Notes: generated from the letters alone by a model not told the origin. 63,497 bases of DNA, filler included, from Octopus bimaculoides (GCF_001194135.2; 8 parts of 6 records of this genome joined end to end with filler, not necessarily neighbours in it), one strand, 5' to 3'. Positions 33,306 to 46,855 are shown, counted from the first letter of the whole stretch. Made by a program: numbers and translations.

Positions 33306-33994
33306 AATAGTTAGAATTGCTTCTGTATCACTCGGTGTCTAACCCAATTATGCGTGAATGATTCCAATGCGATTAAAACTACTCTCGTACAGAAATAATT
33401 GTAATTAATGATAAAGCCTTCTCTTCGACTTACAATCGAGTTCCGTTCTGACTGATCCGGTCGTATGTCGAAATTATATTTTTCAACACAATTTTCATTT
33501 AAACGCAACTGATGTTTGAAAGCGACTAGTAGGAGACAGTGGCAGACGGTGGCTGCCGGGGTCTGATGGAGGCCTGCGTTGCCAGATTGTGCCATAGTCG
33601 ATTTTTTATTTATTTATTTTTTATGTCTTTATATTTTTGTGGTCGTAAGTGCGGATGGTCGTAATTCGCATTGAAACAACTGGGTACATGATATTGATCA
33701 TATACAAAATGGTAAAGCATCGATGTTCATCACTCCTACATGGGATTAGAGATGAAGATTAGAGAGATCTCGCCTATCCATGTCTTTTAGGATTTTTATG
33801 AGACATATAAGTTAAGTATATGTAGTTGATAATGTTTCTTACACTAGCGCTGCTTCTCTTTCATATTTGAAAATATGTATATATGTCTATATGTGTGCAT
33901 GTGTGTGTGTATGTATGTATGTATGTATGTATGATTGTATGATTGTATGTATGTATGTTATCAATCAGTTTCATTTCTTATTTCTTGTCAATAG

Positions 33995-34060
33995 AGAAAG
34001 CGCCGGACTCTAACATAGATTCAAGGCTCCTTCATTGGAACTTTTATCAACATCATCCAG
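33995..34060 (+). other. Candidate 66-nt internal exon
   Basis: Acceptor tttcatttcttatttcttgtcaatag and donor ccag|gtattt. Only phase 1 is open: (E)KAPDSNIDSRLLHWNFYQHHP(G). No homolog recognised. Confidence 0.3.
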
Positions 34061-34552
34061 GTATTTGTGCATATGTGTGTGTGTGTGTGTGTATACAGTA
34101 TTTGGTGTTAGTGTATGCGCAGATGTATGTGTGTATGTTTGTATGTATGTAACTTCCTGGCTTTGGGTAAAAGAAAATTGGATCAGTGAAAATTGGTAAA
34201 CAAATTTATGTGGGAACCTCTATTAGAGGTGCTTTTTCAGGTTTTCTTCGTGCTAGACTTCATCCGTCACCCGGTTTAACTCTACCACCTGGTCCATTAG
34301 TTGTCTTAAATACATTCCACTCAGTTACTAAAAATTTTCGGGTCAGTTGCCCAGTCTGATGATCACTTCCACCCTTTATTTCCCGTTAATTTCATAGACA
34401 TATTTCTTCTCTTTCTGACTAAAACATTATAAAATAGCATAATTAACAATAAAACATTATGACATAAAATAAATAAATAAACGGTAAATAAAGAGAAACC
34501 ATGATGGCTGTAATTCCTCTGTTTCGTTCTGGCCAGAAGAATTGCTGTTGAT

Positions 34553-34600
<48 letters not shown>

Positions 34601-34964
34601 GGTGGTGGTGTTGAGCACCAAGTCAATCTTGAATGAGCCGAACTTTGACTAACGGCCTTCCAGTCAACACCATCCTCTATTTCTTTTTTTTACTGATTTT
34701 ATCCCCAATGTGATTATTGGGTGTGACTTAAAAGAATTTTTTGCTTTTTTTAGCGAGTCACATAATTCTAAAGCGGTTCATCTTCAGTTGTTCTTATTAG
34801 ATTTTATATATCATCAAAGGAATTTTAACCATGACCATCCCGTCATTTTTTAGTGTATTGGGGATTACATTATTCAATGACGATATACTCTTCCATAATA
34901 CAGACGGGCAAGATTCGCGGGAGACTTGGCAGCTGTTTTTACCAGGTCAACAGCCCGCTTACAC

Positions 34965-35210
34965 CAGTGGTTCTTAACTGGGATCCATACAGCCCTAGGG
35001 TTCCGTTTAAGATATCTGCGGGTCTACAAAAGCAAAATAGTAAATTAGGGATCCACAAAAGTATTTTAAGTGTCTATGAGAAAAATGTTTCTTTAGATGT
35101 ATTTATCGCAAGAAATAGCCAGATTACTTGCAACTTACTCAAGTGAACGTGTGAATAAACAAAACAGAAGTTTTGAAAGAGGTATCTACGAAATTAGTTT
35201 TTAAGCACAG
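34965..35210 (+). mobile_element. Possible hAT-type non-autonomous DNA element (MITE)
   Basis: Starts cagtggttcttaactgg (hAT/Charlie-like terminus); the right end is degenerate. Confidence 0.35.
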
Positions 35211-35384
35211 AATAGAGAATCACTAAAGCTTAGGGTGTAGGTGGCGCTTCTGATCTCCCTGGAGATGTGTGTTACTACACCACTCGGAAGTATTGTCTTT
35301 TCTTGCAACGCGAGCATTGAGTGGCCTAAGAAGATACGCCCTACAGCAGACTGCAGCCGATTCTGAGAAAAAGAAATAAAATGA

Positions 35385-35550
35385 AAACAAACCACGTCCA
35401 GTATTTGACTGGCATTTCATTTTATCAGCGCCCAAAGGAAGAAGGACAAAGAAAACTGAAGAGGGTTTTGAAATCAGAGAGCAAAAACCGGAACAAATAT
35501 CGCAAAACATTCCATAGCAACGCTGTAAGGGATCTGCCAACTCGGCACCC
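35385..35550 (-). mobile_element. Degraded SINE family B copy
   Basis: ccagtatttgactggc...ttttatcagc...ttttgaaatcagag...gatctgccaactcggcacc. Confidence 0.55.
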
Positions 35551-35782
35551 TATGTCTTGGAAAATAATATTCAAATATTAAGGAAGTCTTTAGTTTATCA
35601 GCAAGGCAAAATACCTTAGAAGACAGAAACGGGACAGTATTAGACATGAGGATAACCGAGAATTGTTTATTGAGCATATTGCAATGAAATATTAGTTTTA
35701 AAAGTTTTGCAAGAGGCAAGCTATCATATTCAAAAGAGTAAGAATACACACATGTGTATTATATGCATGTGTGTGCGTGTAA

Positions 35783-35815
<33 letters not shown>

Positions 35816-35888
35816 TATAAATACATATAAACACTCACATACACACACACACACACACACATACAATCACACTCACACACATATATAC

Positions 35889-35932
<44 letters not shown>

Positions 35933-36004
35933 TATATATATACATATATATACATATATANNNNNNNNNNNNNNNNNNNNNNNNNNNNNNNNNNNNNNNN
36001 NNNN

Positions 36005-36016
36005 TTAATTAATTAA
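36005..36016. other. Artificial scaffold linker
   Basis: TTAATTAATTAA inside an N run. Confidence 0.95.
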
Positions 36017-36061
36017 NNNNNNNNNNNNNNNNNNNNNNNNNNNNNNNNNNNNNNNNNNNNA

Positions 36062-36900
36062 ACATTAGCCAATCATATTCATCACCTCAAAAGCAAAAAT
36101 ACCCAATACACCTTAAAATGGTCCATCTTAGATTCTGGAACTCCATACCAGGGCCAGCGCTCCAACTGCAAGCTTTGACTAACGGAGGCGTTCCATATTT
36201 TAAAATACAATTCTCCCACTCTACTTAATCGATATAACGAAGCGTTTAGCAACTGCAATCACCGTTCTTTCCACACATTTAAGTTCTATCACAAGCAAAA
36301 TTGCACAAACGATCACGCAACATAATTACACGACCCCCAACAGGCAACCTATTCAACTCGGCAAAAACATCCATCTTTTACTATCTTTTGAATAGGATTA
36401 TTTTCTTTCGATCATATCACCACATATATATATACACCCAAATCTATTTCTTCTACTCTCTAATTCACTAGAACACCACCTACGCATACAGACTACGTCG
36501 TTTCTCTCAATCCCTTTCCACCATCTATAAATAGGTTTGGCTGCACTCTTGAATATGATACTACTAACTACTTTTCCCACCCATCTCTCCCTTTATCTCT
36601 ATCCTTAGTTTATCACTCATACTCCCACCACCTATATACTACATACGCGCATTCCTTCCTACCCACTAGACCTTTTAACCTTATCTTCCCCCTTCCCTCC
36701 TTCTCTCTATATGCTCATCCCCTCTATCCTGTAAGATAAACTGACCATTAAAGTATACCGCTACCATCCTTCACCTCTATCTCTCCTCCATCCCCTTTCA
36801 CATTCTGTCTTCATGACTTGACCTAATTACCGCTCATCCTTCACTTGACTTGGCCATTCTTCAAGTAAACAAGCTAAAATCCATCGCAGTATGGCATATA
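36062..36900 (+). mobile_element. Penelope-like element: GIY-YIG endonuclease C-terminus plus C/T-rich 3' region
   Basis: 36062-36295 reads TLANHIHHLKSKNTQYTLKWSILDSGTPYQGQRSNCKL*LTEAFHILKYNSPTLLNRYNEAFSNCNHR, fitting the W.IL...PY.....C.LCL.E...I....LLN.R.E....C.H pattern. The right boundary is approximate. Confidence 0.75.
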
Positions 36901-38542
36901 TTCACCTCTGCTATCTATGCTATATCAGCCTTCGTTCCAACATCCATTTCCGGATTATCCCCATAAGGATTACTTTACACGGATTTCTACACGGATTTTT
37001 ACAACTGGAATGAAACTACACTTCAAGTACTGTTCTCTCTTTTTTCAGCGCATCACACTCTTTACCACNNNNNNNNNNNNNNNNNNNNNNNNNNNNNNNN
37101 NNNNNNNNNNNNNNNNNNNNNNNNNNNNNNNNNNNNNNNNNNNNNNNNNNNNNNNNNNNNNNNNNNNNNNNNNNNNNNNNNNNNNNNNNNNNNNNNNNNN
37201 NNNNNNNNNNNNNNNNNNNNNNNNNNNNNNNNNNNNNNNNNNNNNNNNNNNNNNNNNNNNNNNNNNNNNNNNNNNNNNNNNNNNNNNNNNNNNNNNNNNN
37301 NNNNNNNNNNNNNNNNNNNNNNNNNNNNNNNNNNNNNNNNNNNNNNNNNNNNNNNNNNNNNNNNNNNNNNNNNNNNNNNNNNNNNNNNNNNNNNNNNNNN
37401 NNNNNNNNNNNNNNNNNNNNNNNNNNNNNNNATATACATGCACATATAAATACGTGTCGTATCATTCTATAAATATTCATATGCATACATATAAAATATA
37501 GGTGTTTAGCTCAGTGGTGATCTAAACGAATAGTTACGCTGGGTAAGTGTTGTAACGGGTTATCAAGCATCATCCACGGAAAAATAAACTGTAAACTTTA
37601 TTTCCTTATTTCCTTACTCTCTGCCCTTCTATTTCATTGCTTGTTATCTGTGAATTTTCCATATCTAGATCCTTCACATTTATACCCCTTATTTATACCC
37701 CCTATTCAGGTATATTCACCTATCACTTGGGATATTCCAGAAACAGCTGTAAGACCTCAACTAATTTAAGGATAATATGTATGACTTGAGATGCTTGTTA
37801 TGTCTTCGCGTTTGTTGTCCTCTTTCAAAAATTTATACACATATATGCATTCTCTTATATGTATACATATACATATTCACGCACTGAAAGCGATACTTTT
37901 TCCAGTGCAACCTGGTGAAGTCTTTCAACCAACTCGGATCAAACCACCTGGTTAAAAGAGCCTGAGTGAAGCAGCACAGAAATTATGCTCGGTTGCACAT
38001 GCAGCTCCCCATGGGCAGTGAAAGCACGTGTAAGTCGATGTAACAATAAAGATTTGTTGTGTGACATCGTAAAATAAAAGGAAATAAATTTTGAGGATGT
38101 ACAAAACAAGTAAAATAATAAAACAAGTAAAATAATTTTTAAAAATATATAGTGTCTCTCACACGCATGTGTCACAGGTAACATATTGTCCAGTACAGCT
38201 TATTGCACATTCGGATGGTCGAAGACTCATCCAGTTCAGCGGCTATGTTTACTCGATGAAGGGAGTTATTGTAATTAGTTTGCTTGCTTTGGAAGCAAAA
38301 CTTAAAAACAATAATTTCAAAAGAATGGCAATGAGTCAAGAACTATCTCGCAATAATGAGGAGAGACAGAAATATTCGTATTGTAGAACGTTCGCGCCGG
38401 AAGTTTATCTGAGAATGAAAGACCCCGTTCTTCTTAGTTCTTGTAATAATATCTATACGGACAACTATCTGTCACACTCAGCGTGACACAGGATGTTTCA
38501 AGACCAGCCCTTCAAAATTATAGGTATATTCCACAAAATGCA

Positions 38543-38688
38543 CTTCTTCACAGTTTTCGTCTCTCCCGTTTCATAGACAAGTTTTTGGATCGACCCGAGG
38601 CTATGATAGAATACACTTGCCCATGCTGTAGTACGGGGGGGGGGGGGAATCAATCCTGGAATATCAAGATACCAAAGCAAATTTCTTA
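38543..38688 (-). mobile_element. SINE family A head fragment
   Basis: tttggatcgacccgaggctatgatagaatacacttgccca...gaatcaatcctggaa. Confidence 0.65.
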
Positions 38689-38909
38689 AGAGTTGGACAC
38701 TTCAACCCGTTCGTTTCAATATCTACTCTTACGAACAGACTCTGTACGTGGTTGCTCCTCTGTTGAAAATAGCGGCTAAATCTCCCCGTAGCAAATACCT
38801 GTTGTCTGGAAAAGAAGGAGACATGTGACGTAGCTTTAGATACTTCTAAAATGTATTTGATGATACAGCTACTCAACCAGACATTTTTGGGATACCCTCT
38901 ATATACACA

Positions 38910-39211
38910 CATGTATGTATGTATGTGTGTATGCATGTATGTATGTATGTATGCATGTATGTATGTATGTATGTATGTATGTATGTGTGTATGTATGTAT
39001 GTATGTATGCATGCGTTTATGTATGTATATAAACATGCATGCATGTATGTATGTATTGTATGTATGTATACGAGTGAGTGAGCAAAGGAAAGGAAAAAGT
39101 ACTCAAACATTTAGCAGAAATTACATATACTATTATATAAAACAACTTGATTCGGCTCCATGCGACTAAAAGTTTCGCAGATTTCTTACAGTAAACTGGC
39201 CCTTTGAGGCC

Positions 39212-39266
<55 letters not shown>
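38910..39266. repeat. (TATG)n and (GT)n microsatellites
   Basis: Tetranucleotide run 38910-39065 and (GT)n 39217-39266. Confidence 0.9.
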
Positions 39267-39268
<2 letters not shown>

Positions 39269-41079
39269 AGATAACTGTATGTGTGTAGGTATAAAATGAT
39301 AAATTTTAATGATAGACTACGCAATACGTGATTTTAGTAGAATGTAATGTGTTTATATTTAATAAAATCGACGTTTAGAGGACGATCAATTGCTTTAGTA
39401 ATATTTTTCAGAATGTCGAGAATGACGTGAAAATTGAATTTGAATAAAATCGCTTAAGCTTGATAACGGAACGAGGTGAAAACCGATTAACGCTAATAGT
39501 CATACGCATCAAGTCAAAGTTTACGTTGATGGATATACAACCGTTAGTAATGAAGATGAAATACTATTAATTAGGATACGAATTGAGAATGAGAGAGTGA
39601 TATAATGGAAAGAATATTGTATAAATATAATATATTACGTGTGCTCATAAGGAGATATAGTTATTGTTAGCGATACGAAAGGTGGTTGCTTTTGAAAATT
39701 TAAACGAATAAAAGTTTATGTGAATGCAGTTTAGAACGTTTTTTTCTGTTTCTGAATAGTTGTTGAATAATGATGTTCTAATAAAAATGATATGGTGTTA
39801 TTCTATGGTGCAAAGATTACGTTGGTTATTATTTGCCTGATATTCTGTAGCTCTGGAATGTATATTCCATTTAATATTATCTATTATTGAATTATTCTTT
39901 GGCGACCAAATATATGAAGCCAAACAAGTTTGCTTCTGTTGTGATTCTTAAGAGAATGCTATGCAAGTAAAATGTTGATTTAAAAGGGCTTGAGTTTATA
40001 TATCGGGTATATGAGCGTGCGTGCGTATATGTATAAATATGTATGTAAATATATATTTTATATATATTATACATATTATACATATATTAGTATAAAATAT
40101 CCATACACTCTTACAAACACACCATATATGTATTTATATAAAGGAAAATGACGATGTAAATGCATAACTCTTTGTTAGTTACCTGTCTTTCTCTCTCTCT
40201 CTCTCTCTTCCTATCTGTGGTTTAGAATGTTTTTCTGAATACGTGTGTGCGTTCTCGTGTGTGCGTCTGTGCATGTGTGCGCGCACGCCTCTGTGTGCGT
40301 GCGTGCGCGTGTGCGTAGTTTGGGAACAAATTATATGAAAAACGTCTATTTTCAAGATCATTTATATTAAGGATTTGTCGTGCTTTATATTTGCGCATAC
40401 AAAGTTTTCAACCATTTCAGTTTCTTCCTCCGAATGTAATTATCATAGTATGGTGTACTTTCAAGCGTTTTGAGTTGTATCGCAAAGGATCATGGGAATG
40501 CGTGTAATTTTTCCTTCCAAAATTCCGTTCTAATGAAAAAATCTCATCGCAAATATGTAAATAGTAAATTTAATGATCCAAACTGTTTTACTGATAGCAC
40601 ATTTACAGCCATGTCTTTACGACTATGAACCATTGCAAAACACTACAAGAAAGTACAAAACTATCTCACTTTACTAGGACCTGCTTTACGAGACACCGGG
40701 CTTACGAGTTTTATTTTATAATAAATATAAAAAGATTAAACAACCAAATTTTGAATGAAGTGCATAAGTTTCTACTACCATAACAAACACTTTTGTGTGT
40801 TACCGAGGAATTTGTAGAGGGCGAAAAAATGTCTCTTCTAAGAAAACAACTATAAACTTGATTTTAGAAAGAAATCTACAAGTCCGTCCACAGGAGCTTG
40901 TGAATCGGCGATCGCGTCTACAAGTGATGGTGTGCACGAGTCTAGTGCGAATGAAAATGATGCAGAAAACGATTATAATAATATTTTTTATTATAAATGA
41001 TCTTAACATTCTTTTTACTTTGCACAAAATATTCTTTACATTTTACTGTTGTTTTATTGCCATTTATGTACGAATATTA

Positions 41080-41437
41080 TTCTTTTACTCTTTTATTCTT
41101 TTATTCTTTTACTCTTTTACTTGTTTCAGTCATTTGACTGCGGCCATGCTGGAGCACCAGCTTTAGTCGAGCAAATCGACCCCAGGACTTATTTTTTCGT
41201 TCTCTTTTGCCGAACCGCTAAGTTACAGAGACGTAAACACCCCAGCATCGGTTGTCAAGCGATGTTGGGGGGACAAACACAGGCACACAAACATACACAC
41301 ACATACATATATATATATATACATATACGACAGGCTTCTTTCAGTTTCCGTCTACCAAATCCACTCACAAGGGTTTGGTCGGCTCGAGGCTATAGTAGAA
41401 GACACTTGCCCAAGGTGCCACGCAGTGGGACTGAACC
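41080..41437 (-). mobile_element. Young SINE family A with a long repeated tail (cut by a gap)
   Basis: About five (tcttttac/tcttttat) tail units, then near-consensus body to gggactgaacc. Confidence 0.93.
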
Positions 41438-42391
41438 NNNNNNNNNNNNNNNNNNNNNNNNNNNNNNNNNNNNNNNNNNNNNNNNNNNNNNNNNNNNNNN
41501 NNNNNNNNNNNNNNNNNNNNNNNNNNNNNNNNNNNNNNNNNNNNNNNNNNNNNNNNNNNNNNNNNNNNNNNNNNNNNNNNNNNNNNNNNNNNNNNNNNNN
41601 NNNNNNNNNNNNNNNNNNNNNNNNNNNNNNNNNNNNNNNNNNNNNNNNNNNNNNNNNNNNNNNNNNNNNNNNNNNNNNNNNNNNNNNNNNNNNNNNNNNN
41701 NNNNNNNNNNNNNNNNNNNNNNNNNNNNNNNNNNNNNNNNNNNNNNNNNNNNNNNNNNNNNNNNNNNNNNNNNNNNNNNNNNNNNNNNNNNNNNNNNNNN
41801 NNNNNNNNNNNNNNNNNNNNNNNNNNNNNNNNNNNNNNNNNNNNNNNNNNNNNNNNNNNNNNNNNNNNNNNNNNNNNNNNNNNNNNNNNNNNNNNNNNNN
41901 NNNNNNNNNNNNNNNNNNNNNNNNNNNNNNNNNNNNNNNNNNNNNNNNNNNNNNNNNNNNNNNNNNNNNNNNNNNNNNNNNNNNNNNNNNNNNNNNNNNN
42001 NNNNNNNNNNNNNNNNNNNNNNNNNNNNNNNNNNNNNNNNNNNNNNNNNNNNNNNNNNNNNNNNNNNNNNNNNNNNNNNNNNNNNNNNNNNNNNNNNNNN
42101 NNNNNNNNNNNNNNNNNNNNNNNNNNNNNNNNNNNNNNNNNNNNNNNNNNNNNNNNNNNNNNNNNNNNNNNNNNNNNNNNNNNNNNNNNNNNNNNNNNNN
42201 NNNNNNNNNNNNNNNNNNNNNNNNNNNNNNNNNNNNNNNNNNNNNNNNNNNNNNNNNNNNNNNNNNNNNNNNNNNNNNNNNNNNNNNNNNNNNNNNNNNN
42301 NNNNNNNNNNNNNNNNNNNNNNNNNNNNNNNNNNNNNNNNNNNNNNNNNNNNNNNNNNNNNNNNNNNNNNNNNNNNNNNNNNNNNNNNNNN

Positions 42392-42434
<43 letters not shown>

Positions 42435-43149
42435 TGGGGCTGATGATTCAGATGATAGTATTTGTCAAAAACCATAAGAAAATGATCGTAGAAGAGTGGA
42501 CAAAAAATATTGCAAAGAGTCCACAAAAAAGTGAAATCCAGAGAAAAGGATGACTGAAAGAGATGTGAAACATGAAACAATACAAATTGATAGAAAGTAA
42601 TTATTGACCATGCAGAATCGAAGCAATCATACCTTATTTCTTTACGCAATGATCAAAGAGAAAGACAAAATTTACAGCTGGTAACTCACATATACAATGT
42701 TACAGATTACATTTAATCAGTTATGTATGATAGCATAATGAATGGAAAGTTGCTGTGAATGTAGTGCCAAAAGAAATAAGACTGATACTAATGGAATGTA
42801 TTACCCTGGTGGCCAAATAGTATCGTCTAAATTAACTAAATCGTTTGATCCTTTAAAAGCTGTCTGGGAGGAAAATACGCAAGAGTAAGTGCTATTCGAG
42901 AATGATTTATATTGTCGAAAAATAAATAAAAATAGAAAAACTAGCATTGTCGTATATCATATATTTTCTTTTAACATTATCCTTCCTTTGTTGTAAAATA
43001 TATTTGTCTTGAATTGTGTAATAAAACGCAACATGTTTCTAAAATATTCTGTACATTAATTTTGTCTGAAAAACGTATGTGTGGGCATATGTGTATGCTT
43101 TGATAAAATTATGATTTATTACAAGATGATGCCTCAAATGTGAGGGAAT

Positions 43150-43315
43150 ACTTTTGTTGATTGGTCTCGACGCCAGTATTCAACTAGTATTTATTTCATC
43201 GACCCATGGAAGATCAAAAGGTGTAATCGAACTCGGCAGGAAGTGAACTATGTGAATAAAAGTACGCAGCTAAAAAGCACAAGATATTTTTGCCCAGCAC
43301 TCTTCAGGCTCTGTT
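43150..43315 (-). mobile_element. Degraded SINE family B copy
   Basis: ccagtattcaactagtatttatttcatcgaccc...gaactcggcaggaagtgaact. Confidence 0.6.
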
Positions 43316-43840
43316 AATTCATAATCTTTCTCTTATGAATTATAAATTAATAATAAAATAAATTTATCATGAATATAATAAACTCTATAGTAATTACAAC
43401 TAAATCTAAAGGCATGCAAAGTCGTAAATCACTAGTTGTCATTTTAATATGTGCGTGTATACATGTATACATTTACACACATGTGCACAAATATAAATAT
43501 TTATATCGTGTTTTTAATAATGGAATGCAAAGTAGATAAAATCATAAACAAGTGTGAAAATATTTGGGTTTAAAATCCCTTGATTGAAAAAGCGGAAGGC
43601 TGTCCATGGGACACGATCCAACATCCTGTGTAAGCGTATCGGCTGTCCTAGCACGAGAAGCCTTCGACTTTTTCCATCCAATAGGGTTTTAACCTAATAT
43701 TTTTACGTTGTTGTTTACAACTTTATCTTTATCTGTTTCACATTTCACTGTTAAAAAAAAAACGATCTATTTCATGTTTCAAGTAGTTTCTACACTCTTA
43801 TGATTTAAACAATATATACATACATACATACATGCATGCA

Positions 43841-43877
<37 letters not shown>

Positions 43878-44364
43878 ATATAAATACACACACATATATA
43901 TATATATATATTTATATTTATTTATGTATATATATACATACATATGTACACACATACATACATGCAAACACACACATATAGAGAGAGAGAGATACGTATG
44001 TAAGTTCATATATATGTTTTCTTGTATGTATGTATTTTACAGAAACAATGATTGTAGCACTTTTATAATACAATTAATTTACGGCTAATCCCTCTGTTAT
44101 GATACGCACATCTGTCTCGACTATTGTTAGTCACTACAAAGTTATCTACACTTCTCTGAATTAATACTTTCTCTTCAGAACTACAACGTTACGAAATTAT
44201 CTTTCTACTTGATTATGTATATCCAATGAACAGCGGCTTGCAACATAAATTAAGCTTCAGTGTATCATTCTGTCTGTGTTACTAGTCTGGTAGAACCTGC
44301 ATGTGTTATGGGCATTGCTTTCCTTTCTCGAATAAAGTTATGGTCAAGATTCCGGGAAAGATAC

Positions 44365-44570
44365 AAGGTTAATATATTTGGGAGGAATTATGTAAACAAT
44401 TATATTGAATCTGATGATTGTCTGGTGTTTTGTTAATCGAGCCCGAAATGACGAAAGGAAAAGTCAACCTCATCTGGATTTAAATTCAGTATATAATGAG
44501 TAAATAATTGAATATTGCAGGATATTTTTTAAACTGCTGAACCATTTCGGCCGCCCGCTGTCCTCTAGGT
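44365..44570 (-). mobile_element. Degraded SINE family B copy
   Basis: aatcgagcccgaaatgacgaaaggaaaagtcaacctc...gatttaaattcag. Confidence 0.5.
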
Positions 44571-44577
44571 GATATAA

Positions 44578-44794
44578 TAATTGCTTCAAATTTTGGATCA
44601 AATCCAGCAATTGGCAAATGGGTAGTCGAGATAATTGACCTCAGTACTTGACTGGTACTTTATTTTGTCGATGCTGAAGGGAAAAATTACAGATTTGATT
44701 TCGGCGAGACTAGAACTCAGAACCTAAAAAGCCGGAAGAGACGCTGCTAAGCATTTAGTCCGATATGCTAACGCGTCTGCTAGCTCGCTGCCTT
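44578..44794 (-). mobile_element. SINE family B
   Basis: ttcaaattttgg...gacctcagtacttgactggtacttt...agaactcagaac...tgctagctcgctgcctt. Confidence 0.8.
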
Positions 44795-45179
44795 AAGTGA
44801 ATAATGCTAAGGATTTCTATGTATGCCATAAGACCTCAAATTTGTGGGTAGGGCAGATCATATAGTTCCTATTGATCTAGCAATTTAAAATACAAAGAAG
44901 TAAATTTATATTAAAGGGAGCGGGAAATATATAAAGAAAATAGAAATATTTCTCTAATTTACTTTTAGCAAGAATAATACGATGTTATTTCGGCGTAGGT
45001 TGAGATGTAATCAAATAACAAACAAAGTTTATCTATCACTAATGCGATATCCTCCACATAGTGTATTGATCTGCTAGAGCTAGCAACAAGATCTTCCTAA
45101 AGTTACTCTTAAAAAGGAAAGCAGCGTGCTGGCAAAGTTGCATCTTAATAAATAAATTCTTAGCAACATTTCATATAGC

Positions 45180-45330
45180 TGTTTACATTCTGAGTTCAAT
45201 CTCTGCCGAGGTCGACATTACCTTTCACCCTTTCGGAATTAATAGAATATGTACAGTTTGAGCAGTGGGGTCGATATAATTAACTCCCCCTCCCCTCAAA
45301 AGTGCTGACTTTGTGTCAGTATTAGAAAAA
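45180..45330 (+). mobile_element. SINE family B
   Basis: acattctgagttcaatctctgccgaggtcgac...cctttcacccttt...ggggtcgat...ctgactttgtgtc. Confidence 0.8.
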
Positions 45331-45382
45331 ATCATACGTTTTAAGAGTGGTTGGACATATAGTTGTTGATATACAAAAATAT

Positions 45383-45450
45383 GGGATGGTCATGGTTCGA
45401 ACTCCTTTGATCTGAAGTCCGCGCAATCAGGCATGACCTAGTGTTTAATC
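45383..45450 (+). mobile_element. Fragment of a further short interspersed repeat family
   Basis: gggatggtcatg also occurs at 58943-58954 (+) and 34828-34841 (-). Family not assigned. Confidence 0.35.
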
Positions 45451-45818
45451 CTTTCAGTTCCGTCCTCCTCACAACTGGGTACATTCCCGTCCTTGCTGGA
45501 CACCAAGTAAAACACTAGCGAATAACATTAATCATCTATTAACCCTGAAAAACCTTAGAAATGCAATGTATTAGGTTTAGCTTGTAAAAAATCCTTTTCC
45601 TCACCACATTTCCTTAATGATCTTCTCCCTTTTCTTGAGTCTAACTCAAATACCGGACATTTGTATGGCAGTCTTTGCGATAGAGCTAGTTAGGTGTGCC
45701 AACCCAGGGGAATGTTACGCAGTCAGGACCCCAATACACTGTCTTTTTCTGTAAACACAAAACCAAGTGTCCACCGTCTTTTGCCCCTTCCAGTGAACTG
45801 GTCTAGTCAAACGAAATT

Positions 45819-46020
45819 AGTTTCGAATTTTGGAACAAAGCCTACAAGTTTGGGGGTACGGGAATAGTCGATTACATCAACCCTACTTATTTTATCGATC
45901 TCGAAAGGACGAATCGTAAAGTCGACCTCGGCGGAATTTGAACTCCGAACTTAAAGGCAGACGAAATGCTTCTAAACAATTTGCCCGGCGCGGTAACAAT
46001 TCTAACAAACTCGCTGCCTT
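45819..46020 (-). mobile_element. SINE family B, near full length
   Basis: aaagtcgacctcggcggaatttgaactc (B box on the minus strand), with head ending aaactcgctgcctt. Confidence 0.85.
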
Positions 46021-46293
46021 GTCTAGACAAACAAAATTACACCCGTTTGCGCGTATTTGTGAGTTCAAAGGTCTAAGGGCGGTAGCAGCAATTAGTGCAA
46101 CAATCAATGCACTTAGGAATACCACTGAAATACATATTTTGTGAAGATGGGAACATATCAAAACATTTCTTTTCTCTTACGAATAGTTGCAAGCAATTTA
46201 ATTGCCTTGTCTTAGATATCCAGCAGATTCAAAAAGTCAAACATATTAATGGTTCTAGACACCCAGTCAGGAAATTTTTATGGCCAGCTGGCG

Positions 46294-46682
46294 TACTCTT
46301 TTACTCTTTTACTTGTTTCAGTCATTTGATTGCGGCCATGCTGGAGCACCGCCTTTAGTCGAGCAAATCGACCCCAGGACTTATTCTTTAGAAGCCTAGT
46401 ACTAATTCTATCGTTCTCTTTTGCCGAACCGCTAAGTTACGGGGACGTAAACACACTACCATCGGTTGTCAAGCGATGTTGGGGGGACAAACACAGACAC
46501 ACAAACATATACACACACACACATATATATATACATATATTCGACGGGCTTCTTTCAGTTTCCGTCTACCAAATCCACTCACAAGGCTTTGGTCTGCCCG
46601 AGGTTATAGTAGAAGACATTTGCCCAAAGTGCCACGCAGTGGGTATGAACCCGGAACCATGTGGTTGGTAAGCAAGCTACTT
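46294..46682 (-). mobile_element. Young, near full-length SINE family A
   Basis: Near-consensus from tail tactcttttactcttttacttg to head ggtaagcaagctactt; CpGs largely intact. Confidence 0.95.
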
Positions 46683-46765
46683 TATTTCATTAGATTGGCC
46701 ATTAAGGCCTTACAAAGAGGGGACAAACAAGGACAGACAAACGTAAAGTAGCTGCGGGCTGGACA

Positions 46766-46855
46766 ACACTTGCTTAAGGTACCACGCAGTAGGACTGAAC
46801 CCGGAACCATGTAGTTGTGAAGCAAGCTTCTTACCACACAACCACGCCTGCGCCT
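46766..46855 (-). mobile_element. Second SINE family A tRNA-like head
   Basis: acacttgcttaaggtaccacgcagtaggactgaacccggaacc...ttaccacacaaccacgcctgcgcct. Confidence 0.85.
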
